64,000 nt of DNA from Malacoraja senta (taxonomy: Eukaryota). The notes beneath the pieces are model-generated. The model did not search any database, had not been told where the DNA came from, and saw nothing but the letters and a program-made list of their open reading frames with translations. Shown one piece after another: positions 49,830 to 62,435 of the stretch (positions are counted from its first letter, which is position 1; the number at the start of each line of letters is the position of its first letter). A program made the position numbers and the translations under genes. Where the stretch lies: NCBI GenBank assembly GCA_038087875.1, contig CM075988.1, positions 6,138,001 to 6,202,000 on the forward strand, given 5' to 3'.

Positions 49830-51743
49830 GAGAAGGACAAAGGGCTTAATTAGGAAAGGGAAAATAGATTATGAAAGAAAACTGGCAGGGAACATAAAAA
49901 CTGACTGCAAAAGTTTTTATAGATATGTGAAGAGAAAAAGATTCGTTAAAACAAATGTAGATCCCTTGCAGTCAGAAACAGGTGAATTGATCATGGGGAA
50001 CAAGGACATGGCAGACCAATTGAATAACTACTTTGGTTCTGTCTTCACTGAGGAAGACATAAATAATCTGCCAGAAATAGCAGGGGACCGGGGGTCAAAT
50101 GAGATGGAGGAACTGAGTGAAATCCAGGTTAGTCGGGAAGTGGTGTTAGGTAAATTGAATGGATTAAAGGCCGATAAATCCCCAGGGCCAGATAGGCTGC
50201 ATCCCAGAGTACTTAAGGAAGTAGCCCCAGAAATAATTTTTCAAAACTCTTTACATTCTGGAGTAGTTCCTGAGGATTGGAGGGTAGCTAATGTAACCCC
50301 ACTTTTTAAAAAGGGAGGCAGAGAGAAAACGGGGAATTACAGACCAGTTAGTCTAACATTGGTAGTGGGGAAAATGCTAGAGTCAGTTATTAAAGATGGG
50401 ATAGCAGCACATTTGGAAAGTGGTGAAATCATTGGACAAAGTCAGCATGGATTTATGAAAGGTAAATCATGTCTGATGAATCTTATAGAATTTTTCGAGG
50501 ATGTAACTAGTAGAGTGGATAAGGGAGGACCAGTGGATGTGTTATATCTGGACTTTCAGAAGGCTTTCGACAAGGTCCCACATAAGAGATTAGTATGCAA
50601 ACTTAAAGCACACGGTATTGGGGGTTCAATATTGATGTGGATAGAGAACTGGCTGGCAGACAGGAAGCAAAGAGTAGGAGTAAACGGGTCCTTTTCACAA
50701 TGGCAGGCAGTGACTAGTGGGGTACCGCAAGGCTCAGTGCTGGGACCCCAGCTATTTACAATATATATTAATGATTTGGACGAGAGAATTGAATGCAACA
50801 TCTCCAAGTTTGCGGATGACACGAAGCTGGGGGGCAGTGTTAGCTGTGAGGAGGATGCTAGGAGGCTGCAAGGTGACTTGGATAGGTTGGGTGAGTGGGC
50901 AAATGTATGGCAGATGCAGTATAATGTGAATAAATGTGAGGTTATCCACTTTGGTAGCAAGAACAGGAAAGTAGACTATTATCTGAATGGTGGCCGATTA
51001 GGAAAAGGGGAGATGCAACGAGACCTGGGTGTCATGGTACACCAGTTATTGAAAGTAGGCATGCAGTGCAGCAGGCAGTGAAGAAAGCAAATGCTATGTT
51101 AGCATTCATAGCAAAAGGATTTGAGTATAGGAGCAGGGATGTTCTAATGCAGTTGTACAGGGTCTTGGTGAGACCACACCTGGAGTATTGCGTACAGTTT
51201 TGGTCTCCTAATCTGAGGAAAGACATTCTTGCCATAGAGGGAGTACAGAGAAGGTTCACCAGACTGATTCCTGGGATGTCAGGACTTTCATATGAAGAAA
51301 GACTGGAAAGACTCGGCTTGTACTCGCTAGAATTTAGAAGATTGAGGGGGGATCTTATAGAAACTTCCAAAATTCTTAAGGGGTTGGACAGGCTAGATGC
51401 AGGAAGATTGTTCCCGATGTTGGGGAAGTCCAGAACAAGGGGTCACAGTTTAAGGATAAGGGGGAAGTCTTTTAGGACCGAGATGAGAAAAACATTTTTC
51501 ACACAGAGAGTGGTGAATCTGTGGAATTCTCTGCCACAGAAGGTAGTTGAGGCCAGTTCATTGGCTATATTTAAGAGGGAGTTAGATGTGGCCCTTGTGG
51601 CTAAAGGGATCAGGGGGTATGGAGAGAAGGCAGGTACAGGATACTGAGTTGGATGATCAGCCATGATCATATTGAATGGCGGTGCAGGCTCGAAGGGTCG
51701 AATGGCCTACTCCTGCACCTATGTTCTATGTTTCTATGTTTCT
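49830..51743 (+). mobile_element. Young 5'-truncated CR1 LINE (HER1-like)
   Basis: RT ORF remnant, 3' UTR, (TTTCTATG)n tail and probable TSD AATA. Confidence 0.95.
49927..51647 (+). pseudogene. CR1 ORF2 reverse transcriptase remnant (one frameshift near 51066, small deletion near 50232)
   Basis: KSPGPD, NYRPVSL, QHGF, YLDFQKAFDKVPH, GVPQGSVLGP and KFADDT motifs; the two track ORFs (49927-51081, 51066-51647) overlap at the frameshift. Confidence 0.93.
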
Positions 51744-51847
51744 AATACATGATTACATTCGAGCCATCCGCCGTGTACAGATACATGATAAAGGGAAGAA
51801 CGCGAAGAATGTTTAGTGCAAGGCAAAACTAGTAAAGTCCAATCACT

Positions 51848-52160
51848 GATTTGATTTGATTTTGATTTGATATCTTTTATTTCGAACGAACGATTAAAAA
51901 AAGAAAAGAAAAGATGAAAATGAATAATAAATAAAGGAAAATTATATATATACATATATATACATACATAAATACATACACACATACATACATATACATG
52001 TACATATATACATACATACATATACACACATACACATATACATAACATATATGTACATACATAAATTAAAAAATCAAAAGCCAATTTCAACATAATACAC
52101 ATTAGACTCGTTTGAAAAGGGATAGGAAGAAGCCTATGCTTGTCAAGTCCTACCCCTGAT
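51848..52160 (-). mobile_element. Unclassified non-LTR retroelement 3' end with an internal (TACA)n microsatellite
   Basis: (ATCAA)n tail after AATAAAA on the minus strand; AAAAGGGATAGGAAGAAG..TCCTACCCC motif; interrupts the Rex 3' UTR. Confidence 0.5.
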
Positions 52161-52774
52161 TGATATTCCGATGGTCTCCAATGAGGTAGATAATAGTTCA
52201 GGACCACTCCCTAGTTGTTGGTAGGTGTGTGTTTTCACACTTCTGTACCTCTTGCCCGATGGGAGAGGGGAGAAATGGTAGTGACCAGGGTGAGACTAGT
52301 CCTTGATTACGCTGCTGGCCTTGCCGAGGCAGTTTGAGGTGTAAATGGAATCAATGAAAGGGAGTTTGGTTCGTGTGATGGTCTTGGCTGTGTTCACAAT
52401 TCTCTACAATTTCTGGGCTGCGTCCACAATCCCCTGCAATATTTAATAAACCAACCTCCCTTGTGCTCCGGGGAGGTGCATGTTGGTGACAAGGGATTGC
52501 CATTGAGCAGATGCCACTTCCTCGAATGGCGGAATGTTGCTCACGCTGACTAATGGCTGGGTGAGCAATGAGCTGCCGCGGGCTCCTATGACTCATGGTA
52601 ATAGGGCTGGCAACATGTGTGCCGGTGAATGGGAGCTTGCTGTTGGTCTCCTGCACAAGGTCTATTTGTAGCTCCCTTTTGGACACCCAGTAGGTCTCAA
52701 GGAACATCTGATAATGATTGTAACCATTAAATGCTTTCCTAGATTAAATTACTGGACTGAAGGACAGTAACTGC

Positions 52775-53078
52775 GTGGCATATAGCACAGCAGTGGAGCT
52801 GATGCCTTACAGTGCCAGAGACCCGGGTTTGATTCTGACTACAGGTGCTGTTTGTACAGAGTTTGTACGTTCTCCTTGTGACCACGTGAGTTTTCTCTGG
52901 GTGCTCCGGTTTCCTCCCACGCTCCAAAGACGTATAGGTTTGTAGGTTAATTGGCTTTGGTAAAAATTGATTGACCCTAGTGGGATAGTGTTAGCGTGCA
53001 GGATGGTCACTGGTCTGTGCGGACTCGGTGGGCCGAAGGGCCTGTTTCTGTGCTATAGCTCTAAAGTAAAGTCTAAAG
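52775..53078 (+). mobile_element. V-SINE
   Basis: Head, V-domain and tail. Confidence 0.85.
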
Positions 53079-53224
53079 AAAGGATCTGGTCAGATTATAC
53101 ATTAAATACCCAGAGCAGATGCAAGTTTCACCAGTAACTTTGTCCAGAATGGCTGCAACCCACCAAGTCTACTCTGCCATTCAATCATGGCTGATCTACC
53201 TTTCCCTCTCAACACCATTTTCCT

Positions 53225-53425
53225 AGGTAGACAAAAGTGCTGGAGTAACTCAGCGGGTGCAGCAGCATCTATGGAGCGAAGGAAATAGGCAACGTTTCAG
53301 TCTGAAGAAGGGTTTCGGCCCGAAACGTTGCCTATTTCCTTCGCTCCATAGATGCTGCTGCACCCGCTGAGTTTCTCCAGCACTTTTGTCTACCTTCGAT
53401 TTTCCAGCATCTGCGGTTCCTTCTT
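53225..53425. mobile_element. Penelope-derived fold-back element (second subfamily) nested in a CR1 3' end
   Basis: Arms AGGTAGACAAAAGTGCTGGAG..; core CTGAAGAAGGGTTTCGGCCCGAAACGTT (53302-53329); flanked by duplicated AACACCATTTTCCT. Confidence 0.8.
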
Positions 53426-54411
53426 GAACACCATTTTCCTGCCTTCTCCCCATCAAGGGTTCCCTCACTAATGAAGAATCCATCGATCTCCGCCTTACAT
53501 TTTTCCATTGACCTGGCCTCCACAGCCATCTGTCCACAGATGGACTCAGTCTATGAGGTCCACAGCTTACCTCAGGATGCTCTTTATGTCCCCGAAGGCA
53601 AGCCCTTTGTTAATGTCATCTTCTCTCACTGCGAATCCACATCTGGAGATATCATGTTCCCATTACGGCCGTGAGTCCCTCTTCCATTCTCTCAGAGGCC
53701 CAGGCATGTAAATCTCTGCCAGATAGCTGTCTTACTTCTCCCCCCGAGGGATGTACACGTTTTCAACAGTCTGGCTTTCTTCCCAACCTGAGTTCACAAT
53801 CCCAGTTGGACTGGGATCGTCGGCGAGGGAATCCAGATTTGGCAAGTGTCTGTGTGCCAAACCTGCTCTCATAGACAGCGCCACCTCCAGTAGCCGTGCT
53901 CCCGCTGGGTTGTTATTGGTACGGATTTAATATTATCAAGTGTATCGACGCCGATTCAAGTGTCCCGAGATCCAATGAAAAACTGTGTTTGTGTGCTATC
54001 TGGTCAAATCATACTACACTTGAGCACAAGCAAACCATGCACAGGTACAACAGGTAGTGCACAGTGAAAAATAACGAGAGTGCAGAACATAGTGTTACAG
54101 CCACAGAGAAAGTGCAGATAACAAAAAGTGCAATAGCTGCAAGGAGGTAGGTTGGAAGATTGGGACTACGCCCTAATTTATGATCGACACAAAATGCTGG
54201 AGTAACTCAGCGGACAGACAGCATCTCTGGAGAACATGGATAGGCAGATCTGAAGAAGGGTTTGGACCCGAAACATTGTCTCTCCATGTTGTCCAGGGAG
54301 GCTGCCTGACCCGCTGATGCAGCATTTTGTGTCTGTCTTTGGTATAAACCAGCATCTACAGTTCCTCGTTATTACTCTTAACTTATGAGAGGTCCTTTTA
54401 GTTGCCTGATT

Positions 54412-54707
54412 GGGCAGCATGGTGGCGCAGCAGTAAAGTTGCTGCCTCACTGCGCCAGAGACCCGGGTTCGATCCTGACTGTACGGAGTTTGTACGTTCT
54501 CCCTATGACCACGTGGGTTTTCTCCGGGAGCTCCGGTTTCCTCCAACACTCCAAAGGCGTACAGGTTTTGTAGGTTAATTGGCTTCGGTAAAAATTGTAA
54601 ATTGTCTCTAGTGTGCGGGATAGTGTTAGTGTGCGGGGATCACTGGTCAGCGCGGACTCTGTGGGTCGAAAGGCCTGTTTCCACACTGTATCTCTAAACT
54701 AAACTGA
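54412..54707 (+). mobile_element. V-SINE
   Basis: A/B boxes, V-domain and (AAACT)n tail. Confidence 0.88.
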
Positions 54708-55576
54708 ACAGCAGAGAAGAAGCTGTTCTGAAACTCTTGTATAAGGTCATAAGTGATAGGAGCAGAATTAGGCCATTCGGCCCATCAAAACTACTATGCC
54801 ATTCATTCATGGCTGATCTATCTCTCCCTCCTAATCCCATTCTCCTGCCTTCTCCCCGAAACCCCTGACACCCATATATTCTCTCATGGTTCAGTTGCAT
54901 GGTAGCCCCTGATTGACCATTTTCTCCAGCCAACTGACTTGAGCCACAGCCTGTATCCTGCACTCCTGTCTCTGTCAGCTGGGGAATTCCTTGTACAGTT
55001 AGGAATTAGTAATAGGATTAGACAGACTCACATGGTTTTATGAAAAGGAAACCATATCCGACAAAGTCTGAGGTTGTAACATGCACCAATAAAACTTAAA
55101 TCATTCGATGCTCATGGGAATTTGGTGATGCTAGACTAGCAGATTTTCCAGACTTTTGGATCCTAAATAATAACCTAGCATACTTTAATTCCACTTATAT
55201 TTTTAACATGTTGCACAGTTGTCCGATAAATTTTCTATTGAACCCAGTGAGCTTAACGGGATGACAGGAAACATGTAGTCTCTCCGGACACTGGCTCCAG
55301 CCACAGACACACCCTCGCTCCTGACCCAAGGTGTCTGGATAGACACAAAATGTCGGTGTAACTCGGTGCGACGGACGGCATCTCTGGAGGGAAGGAATGG
55401 GTGACGTTTTGAGACGAGACCCTTCTTCAGACTTCAGATGCTGAGATGCTCCAGCATTTTGTGTCTATCTTAAACCAGCGCCTGCAGTTCTTTCCTACAC
55501 GAGGTGTTCTGGACCCTGACCCTGGTTTCCAATGGACATCTGTCCTTCAGTCCGGATCCAGCGATCACACGTCAAA

Positions 55577-56000
55577 TGGGGGCGGCACGGGGGCGCAGCG
55601 GTGGAGTTGGTGCAGCACAACACCACAGATCTGGGTTCGATCCTGACCACGGGTGCTGTCTGTATGGAGTTTTTTTACGTTCTCACTGTGACCGCGTGGG
55701 TTTTCTCCGTGTGCTCCGGTTTCCTCCCACGCTCCAAAGACGTGCAGGTTTGTAGGTTAATTAGCTTTAGTTAATTGTAAATTCAGCTCATTTAAGTTTA
55801 TTGTCACGTGTACCGAGGCACAGTGAAAAGCGTTTGTTGCGTGCTAACCAGTCAGCAGAAAGACAATACATGATTACAATTGATCCATTCTAAATTGGTC
55901 CCAGTGTGTAGGGTAGTGCTAGTGTATGGGGTTATCGATGGTTGGACTCAGTGGGCAGAAGAAGGGCCTGTTTCCACATTGAATCTCTGAAGTCTAAACT
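55577..56000 (+). mobile_element. V-SINE interrupted by a minus-strand Rex 3' end (~55795-55890)
   Basis: SINE halves flank GTTTATTGTCACGTGTACCGAGG..CATGATTACAAT. Confidence 0.82.
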
Positions 56001-56475
56001 GGACTTCAAACAATCAAGATTTCAAACAATCGGATGCTGGATTATTCTGAAGATGGATTATTCTTAAGTTTCATTGAAAATAGTTAAAGGGGGAACTCAG
56101 TTGTCTACCATTGCCAGGGGGCTCCACTCTAGACACAACACTCTTGACTGGACATGAACTATTCATTTCCACACTCTATTTTATGTCTGCAAACCAATTC
56201 ACAATCCACATCAGTTTATTACTCTCAATACAATAAGTTCTAATTTTATTTAATAATCTCTGTCTGGTGTCTTATCAATAGCCTCAGGAAGCCCAATCAC
56301 AACACATCCAATGGTATCCCCTTCCCTGAAAGATACTAACAGCTTTGCCAAATGTGATTTCCCTGCCAAGATTCAATGTGATTCTGTCCAGTCTCATTAA
56401 TATTTTTTTAAGAGGCCAATTTCCACTTTCGTAATAATGTTTTCCAGCTCTTTCCTTACTATGATGTCAGGCTAA

Positions 56476-56781
56476 AGGGCCTGTCCCACTGTACGAGGTG
56501 ATTCAAGAGTTCTCCCGAGTTTCCCCTGATTCAAACTCGGAGAATTACGGTAATAGCCGCTCGTAGGTACTCGGGGCTCTCGTGGACATTTTTCACAGTG
56601 TTGAAAAAACGTCACGAGTTACCGCGTTTCCCGAGTACCTGCCGTTAGCGTTACGAGCCACTACGAGACATCCACGAGCTCCCACTTAGCTGCTACGTAC
56701 ATTCTAAGTACTTACCACAAGTTTGATTTTTTTTAAACTCGGGAGAGCTCTTGAATTACCTCGTACAGTGGGACCAGCCCT
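56476..56781. mobile_element. Harbinger-like MITE (306 bp)
   Basis: ~47-bp TIR AGGGC..GTCCCACTGTACGAGGT.ATTCAAGAG.TCTCCCGAGTTT; TAA TSD (56473-56475 / 56782-56784). Confidence 0.88.
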
Positions 56782-57055
56782 TAAGTGATCTGTAGTTCTT
56801 GGTTTACACACCCCTCTTTTTTTTAATGTTAGGGTTGCTTTTACTAACCTTTCAGCCTGTGTGAATTGTTCTAGATTCGATGGATTCGATGACAACCGCT
56901 GCAAACACTATCTCCATGGTCACCCCTTCAAAGCCTTCGGACCGCAAGTCATTAGGCCCTGGTCTTTCAGGACGACTAAATCCTCCTAAACTATTTTGTT
57001 TACTCATGCTAATTTCTTGGAGCTCTTTCTTCAATCTTGACAAGTTGCTTGAGGT

Positions 57056-57290
57056 GAAGATAGACACAACAAGCTGGAGTAACTCAGCGGGACAGGCAGC
57101 ATCTCTGGAGAGAAGGAATGGGTGACGTTTCGGGTCGAGAACCTTCTTCAGCTTGACGCGACTCAACCCGAACGGTCTCGACCCGAAACGTCACCCATTC
57201 CTTCTCTTCAGAGATGCTGCCTGTCCCGCTGAGTTACTCCAGATTTTTGTGTCTATCTTTGGTTTAAACCTGCACCTGCAGTTCCTTCCC
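57056..57290. mobile_element. Penelope-derived fold-back element
   Basis: Inverted arms around a rearranged centre (~57150-57175). Confidence 0.8.
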
Positions 57291-57549
57291 ATGCAAGTTG
57301 TTTGAGGCTTTTGGTGCCTTGTTTCATGCAGACAGACAAAATATTTGTTTAATAACTCTGCCATTTCCTTATTCCATATCATCATTTATTTTGCTTCAGT
57401 CTATTGCCAATCTTTTCCTTCTTATTTATCTACAGAAACTTCTACAGTTTGCTCTCATGTTCCCACCAGATTACTTTGATATCTTACTTTCCCTTATCAA
57501 TTTTTCGAGCCTCTTTTGCTGAATTTGGAATTTTTTCAAACATAAGCTC

Positions 57550-57910
57550 ATGTCATAGGAACAGAATTAGGCCATTCAGCTCATCAAGTCAACTCCGCCA
57601 TCCTATCATGGCTGATCTATCTATCTCTCTCAACCCCATTCTCCTGCCTTCTCCCCATAACCTCTGACTAATCAAGAATCTATCTATCTATGTAATTGTC
57701 CAAATGTCTTTTAAATGCTGTAGTAGTACCTGCCTCCTCTGGCAGCTCGTTCCATACACCCTCCACCCTCTGAGTGAAATAATTGCCTCTCAGATTCCTA
57801 TTAAAACATTTTCCCCTCTCGACTTAAACCCTCTGGTTTTTGATTCCACTACTCTGGATAAATGACTCTGCGCATTCATCATACCTTTTCCCGTCATGAT
57901 TTTATACACC
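57550..57910 (-). mobile_element. CR1 3' fragments
   Basis: Reverse-complement CR1 tail and WNELPEE region. Confidence 0.75.
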
Positions 57911-57986
57911 TGTTGGGGGGGAAAAATAAATCATCTAAAGATTGGTGAGGGTCTGAAAGAGTGTTTGAGGCAGAAACCTCCATCAC

Positions 57987-58310
57987 TGGCACGGTGGCGC
58001 AGCAGTAGAGTTGCTGCCTTCCAGCACCAGAGACCCAGGTTCAATCCTGACTACGGGTGCTGTCTGTACGGAGTTTGCACGTTCTCCCCGTGACTTGCGT
58101 AGGTTTTCTCAGAGATCTTCAGTTTCCTCCCACACTACAAAGACGTACAGGTTTGTAGGTTAATTGGCTTGGTATAAATTGCAAATTGTCCCCTAGTGTG
58201 TGTAGGGTAGTGTTAGTGTGCGGGGATCGCTGGTCGGTGTGGACCCGGTGGGCCGAAGGGCCTGTTATCGCGCTGTATCTCTAAACTAATTCTAAAACTA
58301 AAACAAAAAC
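57987..58310 (+). mobile_element. V-SINE
   Basis: Full length with tail. Confidence 0.88.
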
Positions 58311-58689
58311 ATTTAATAACTAGTTGGATGAGCATTTGCAATCCTAAAAAAGACAGGGCTACATTGAGAGCTGGAGTTGATGTACATAGCTCAAGAAGTC
58401 TTCTTTGGCCAGCATGGAGAGGATGGGCCAACTGGCCTCACTCTGTGCTGTAATTTCCCACAATTTCTGTATGAGATGAGATGATCAAACCATGAGTGCA
58501 GGGAGAGGAGTTTTACAATTGGACAGAGAGGCGGACAAGAATTAGGTAGACATTGCAGAGTGTGCCCCCTGGATGATGAGACAACTAAATGGAAGGAGGA
58601 ACGGTGTCCACGATTCAGGAGCTGGGAGAATTTAAAAAAATGTGTATCTTGGGCCATGGGCATGGCTGAGATCGCCAACATTTTGGATG

Positions 58690-59160
58690 CATGCGATCGG
58701 GATGCATCGCCGCTTGGTAGGGCAACTGCTCTGCCCCAGACCACAAGTAATTGCAGAGTTGTAAATGCAGCCCAGTCCTTCTACACTTCACATTACCTGG
58801 GGAAAAGACCCAACATAATCAAGCACCACTCGCACCCCGCTCATTCCCTCTTCTCCTCTCTTCCGTCTGGCAGATGATACAAAGGCTTGACAGCACAAAC
58901 CACCAGACTCGAGACATCTTCTTCCCCGCTGTGTTCAATGGATACATGAATGGACCTCTCATATTCTAAAGATGAATTCCTCATCTCCCAACCTACCTCA
59001 TTGTGGCCCCTGCACTTTTTAAAAATCTGCACTTTCTGTTTCAGTGACACTATATTCCGCATGCGGTTTCTTTTCTCTTACATCACCCAATTCTACTGCT
59101 GCGTAGTATGATCTTCCTGGATAGCATGCGATGCAAAGTACACATGACAATAATGAACCA
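58690..59160 (+). mobile_element. Diverged Rex/Babar 3' fragment
   Basis: NIIKHHSHPAHSLFSSLPSGR. Confidence 0.75.
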
Positions 59161-59311
59161 ATACCTGGTCTGAAACGTCACCCATTCCTTCTATCCAGAG
59201 ATGCTGCCTGTCCCGCTGAGATACTCCAGCTTTTTGTGTCTATCTTCTGAACCAATCCCAGTCTCAAGTGGAAGAGATTACAATGATAATGGCCGATTAG
59301 GCCCTGGGATG

Positions 59312-59628
59312 GTTTAATTTAGTTTAGTTTAGAGATATAGTGCGGAAATAGGTCCTTCGGCCCACCGAGTCCGCACCGACCAGCAATCCCCGCACATTAA
59401 CTCTACCCGACACACACTTGGGACAATTTTACATTTATACCAAGCCAATTAACCTACAAACCTGTACATCTTTGGAGTGTGGGAGGAAACCGAAGATCTC
59501 AGAGAAAACCCATGCAGGTCAAGGGGAGAACATACAAACTCCATACAGGCAATCACCCGTAATCAGGATCGAACCCGGGTCTCTGGTGCTGTAAGGCAGT
59601 ATCCCTGCCACTATGCCATTGTGCCACC
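59312..59628 (-). mobile_element. V-SINE
   Basis: Full length, (TTTAG)n tail. Confidence 0.88.
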
Positions 59629-60537
59629 CAAGGTATTAAGGACAAGGATGAGAATTTCAATTTGTTGGTGCTGAAGGGTTGGAATTGGCAGGCAGGCCTT
59701 CGGGACTGAGTGGACAGCAGAATAAGGGCCTTCTAGTTCTGATCTAAGAGAGCAGTAGCACTGGGACCGTACTATTGCTGAGATCCCAAGGCTTTGGCAG
59801 CTGCTGACTGATGTACGTTCTGAGCTGTCAGCCCCATCCCTGAATGAAATCATTTTCTCCAACCAGAAACTACATGGCACGATGAACCTACAGCCCGTGC
59901 TCACGCCAGGAAAACAATCGTCACACCCGCACGCTCCCTTCCCAGGTTGCTGTCGTGACTCAATCATCCCGCGTGAGACTTCCCTCCACAGTAAGTTGCA
60001 GAGTGACCAAGATCCCAGCCCTGCGTCACAGGCTGGAAAATCTCTCCTTACCAGAAGCAGTTTGTTTGTTTGAACTACCGCAAGAACCAACACCACTCAG
60101 CAGGGGAAGGCGAGATGGGGGAGAAGGGGAGATGGGGGGGGGAAGGGGGGACTGACAAGGTTGTGGGATGGTGGCAATGGATACAGTTGGGTCCACGCCG
60201 ACTATCAAGTCCACGTTGACCATCGATCACTCATTCACTAATCCTATGTTATCTCACTCTCTCATCCACTAAGGGCAATTTACAGACGGCTATAAACCTA
60301 CAAGCCCACACCTCTATGGGATGTGGGAGGAAACCGGAGCACCTGGAGAAAACCCACGTGGTCACAGGGAGAATGCACAGATTGTACAGAATATGTATAA
60401 CGGTCAAGGAGAAGCTACCAGATTGTTGGAAACATCCCAACCAGTCCCAGTGTAGGGTCTCGACCCGAGTGTGGATGATCTCCATGTCCCTCCACAGCTT
60501 GTAGAAACAAACAACTGCAGGTGTTGCTTGACACCAA

Positions 60538-62130
60538 AGATAGACACAAAGTGCTGGAGTAACTCAGCGGGTCAGGGAGCATCTTGGAGAATGTGGATAG
60601 TGACGTTTTGGCTTGAAATCCTTCTTTTGACTGCAGAAGTCTGCTCAAGGGTCCCGATCCAAAACATCACCTATCCTTTTTCTCCTGAGATGCTGCCTGA
60701 CCTGATGAGTTAGGCTCAGACTGAAGAAGGGCCTCGACCCGAAAAGTCGCCTATTACTTCTCTTCAGAGATGCTGAGTTCCCCCAGCATTTTTGTCTACC
60801 TTCTATTTTTGCAGCATCTGCAATTCTTTCTTAAACATGATGAGTTACTCCAGCACTTTGTGTTTATCTCAACAGCTTGTTTTTTTACACCTGATTCCAG
60901 CAACCCTCAATCACTTGTGCCTCCCTCTTGAGAAGGTTGTCAGGTCAGAGCTAATGGGGCATCAGGACAAAGATAGGGGCGGCATGGTAACACAGCGTCT
61001 GCCTTTCAGTGCCAGAGACCCAGGTTCAATCCTGACTATGGGTGCTGTCTGTACGGAGTTTGCGCGTTCTCCCCGTGACCTTTGTGGATGACCTTCACTG
61101 ATGGTCCTTTCTCATTCACATGCAGAGCACCGTGGAAAGCACACTGTTGGATTGCATCACAGCTTGGTTTAGGAACAGCTCCGCTGAAGACTGCAAGAAA
61201 TTACAGAGTTGTAGTTTAGTTTGGACATGCAGCGTTGAAACAGGCCCTTCAGCCCACCAAGTCCATGCCGACCTGCGACCATCCATGAATTAGTTCTATC
61301 CTACACTCTAGTGACAATTTACAGAAGCCAATTAACCTACAAATCTGCACGTCTTTGGAACGTGGTGGGAAACCGAAGCACCCGAAGAAAACCCACACAG
61401 TCAGAATGTACAAACTCCGTACAGACAGCACCTGTAGTCAGGATCGAACCCATGTCTCTAGCAGCAACTCCACTGTTGTGCCACTGTGCCACCATTGTGG
61501 AGGTGGCCCAGTCCATCATACATACTAGACTCTCCACCATTGACACCGTGTACACTTCACACTGCTTCGAAAAAGCAGCCAACAAAATCAAGGAAAGACA
61601 CAAAGTCCTGGAGTAACTCAACAGGTCTGGCAACATCTCTGGAGAACATAGATAGGTGACGTCTCAAGTCGGGACCCTTTTTCAGACGTCACTCATCCGT
61701 GTCTCTAAAGGTGCCACCTGACTGGCTGAATTACTCCAGTACTGCAGTACTTAACAAAACAAACAGCATCTGCAGTTCCTTGCTTCTAACAATCAAAAAC
61801 TTGTCCCACGCCAGTTATTTCTTCTTCTCCCTACTCCTGTCCCACAGAAGGTTGAAAGTGCGTACCACCCGTACCACCAGTACCACCAGGAACTGCTTCT
61901 TCCTCCGTTATCTGAAAGGTCCTTCCATAAGCTAGGGCACTGTCTGGTTCATCTCTACCCCATCATGAACTTTGGACTGTGTCTATGGACCGATGTGATG
62001 CATTACAATGCTTTTACACTCTGTACCTTCCCCTTTGCTCCACCTGTTGCAGTTGTGTTGGACCTGAGTGTATTTATGTGAGTATTATCTCATCAGTCCA
62101 GATAGCATGCAAAATGCTTTTCAATGGACC
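60538..62130. mobile_element. Nested cluster of Penelope-derived arms, V-SINEs (~60975-61085 plus, ~61210-61495 minus) and a split Rex fragment
   Basis: Recognisable arms and V-domains; Rex peptide AQSIIHTRLSTIDTVYTSHCFEKAANKIK. Confidence 0.7.
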
Positions 62131-62139
62131 TCAGACCCA

Positions 62140-62435
62140 CCAGAGGACATAGGTTCAAGGTGAAGGGGAAAAGATTTAATAGCAATCTGAGGGGTAACGT
62201 TTTCACACAAAGGGTGGTGGATGTATGGAACAAGCTGCCAGAGGAGGTAGTTGAGGCTGGGAATTAGGAATTTCCTAATTCCTTAAGAAACAGTTAGACA
62301 GGTACATGGATAGGACATGTTTGAAGGGAAACGGACCAAACGCAGGTAGGAGGGACTAGTGTAGCTGGGACATGTTGGCCGGTGTGGGCAAGTTGGGTGA
62401 AGGGCCTGTTTCCACACTGTATGACTATTACTCTA
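62140..62435 (+). mobile_element. CR1 3' fragment
   Basis: RGHRFKVKGKRFN.NLRGNVFTQRVVDVWNKLPEEVVEAG plus tail. Confidence 0.87.

Larger units (their letters stand above)
49750..52445 (-). mobile_element. Rex/Babar 3' fragment hosting two nested insertions
   Basis: Rex 3' UTR continues across 49829/51744 and ~51848/52160; ORF-end remnant at ~52230-52440. Confidence 0.8.

Noticed and set aside
49927..51647. Functional or domesticated RT gene
   Set aside because: 5'-truncated, no endonuclease domain, frameshifted, and bounded by a CR1 tail and TSD.
53876..53894. CTCF-like motif (minus strand CTGGAGGTGGCGCTG)
   Set aside because: A partial single match is expected by chance in 64 kb and cannot be supported without ChIP or conservation data.
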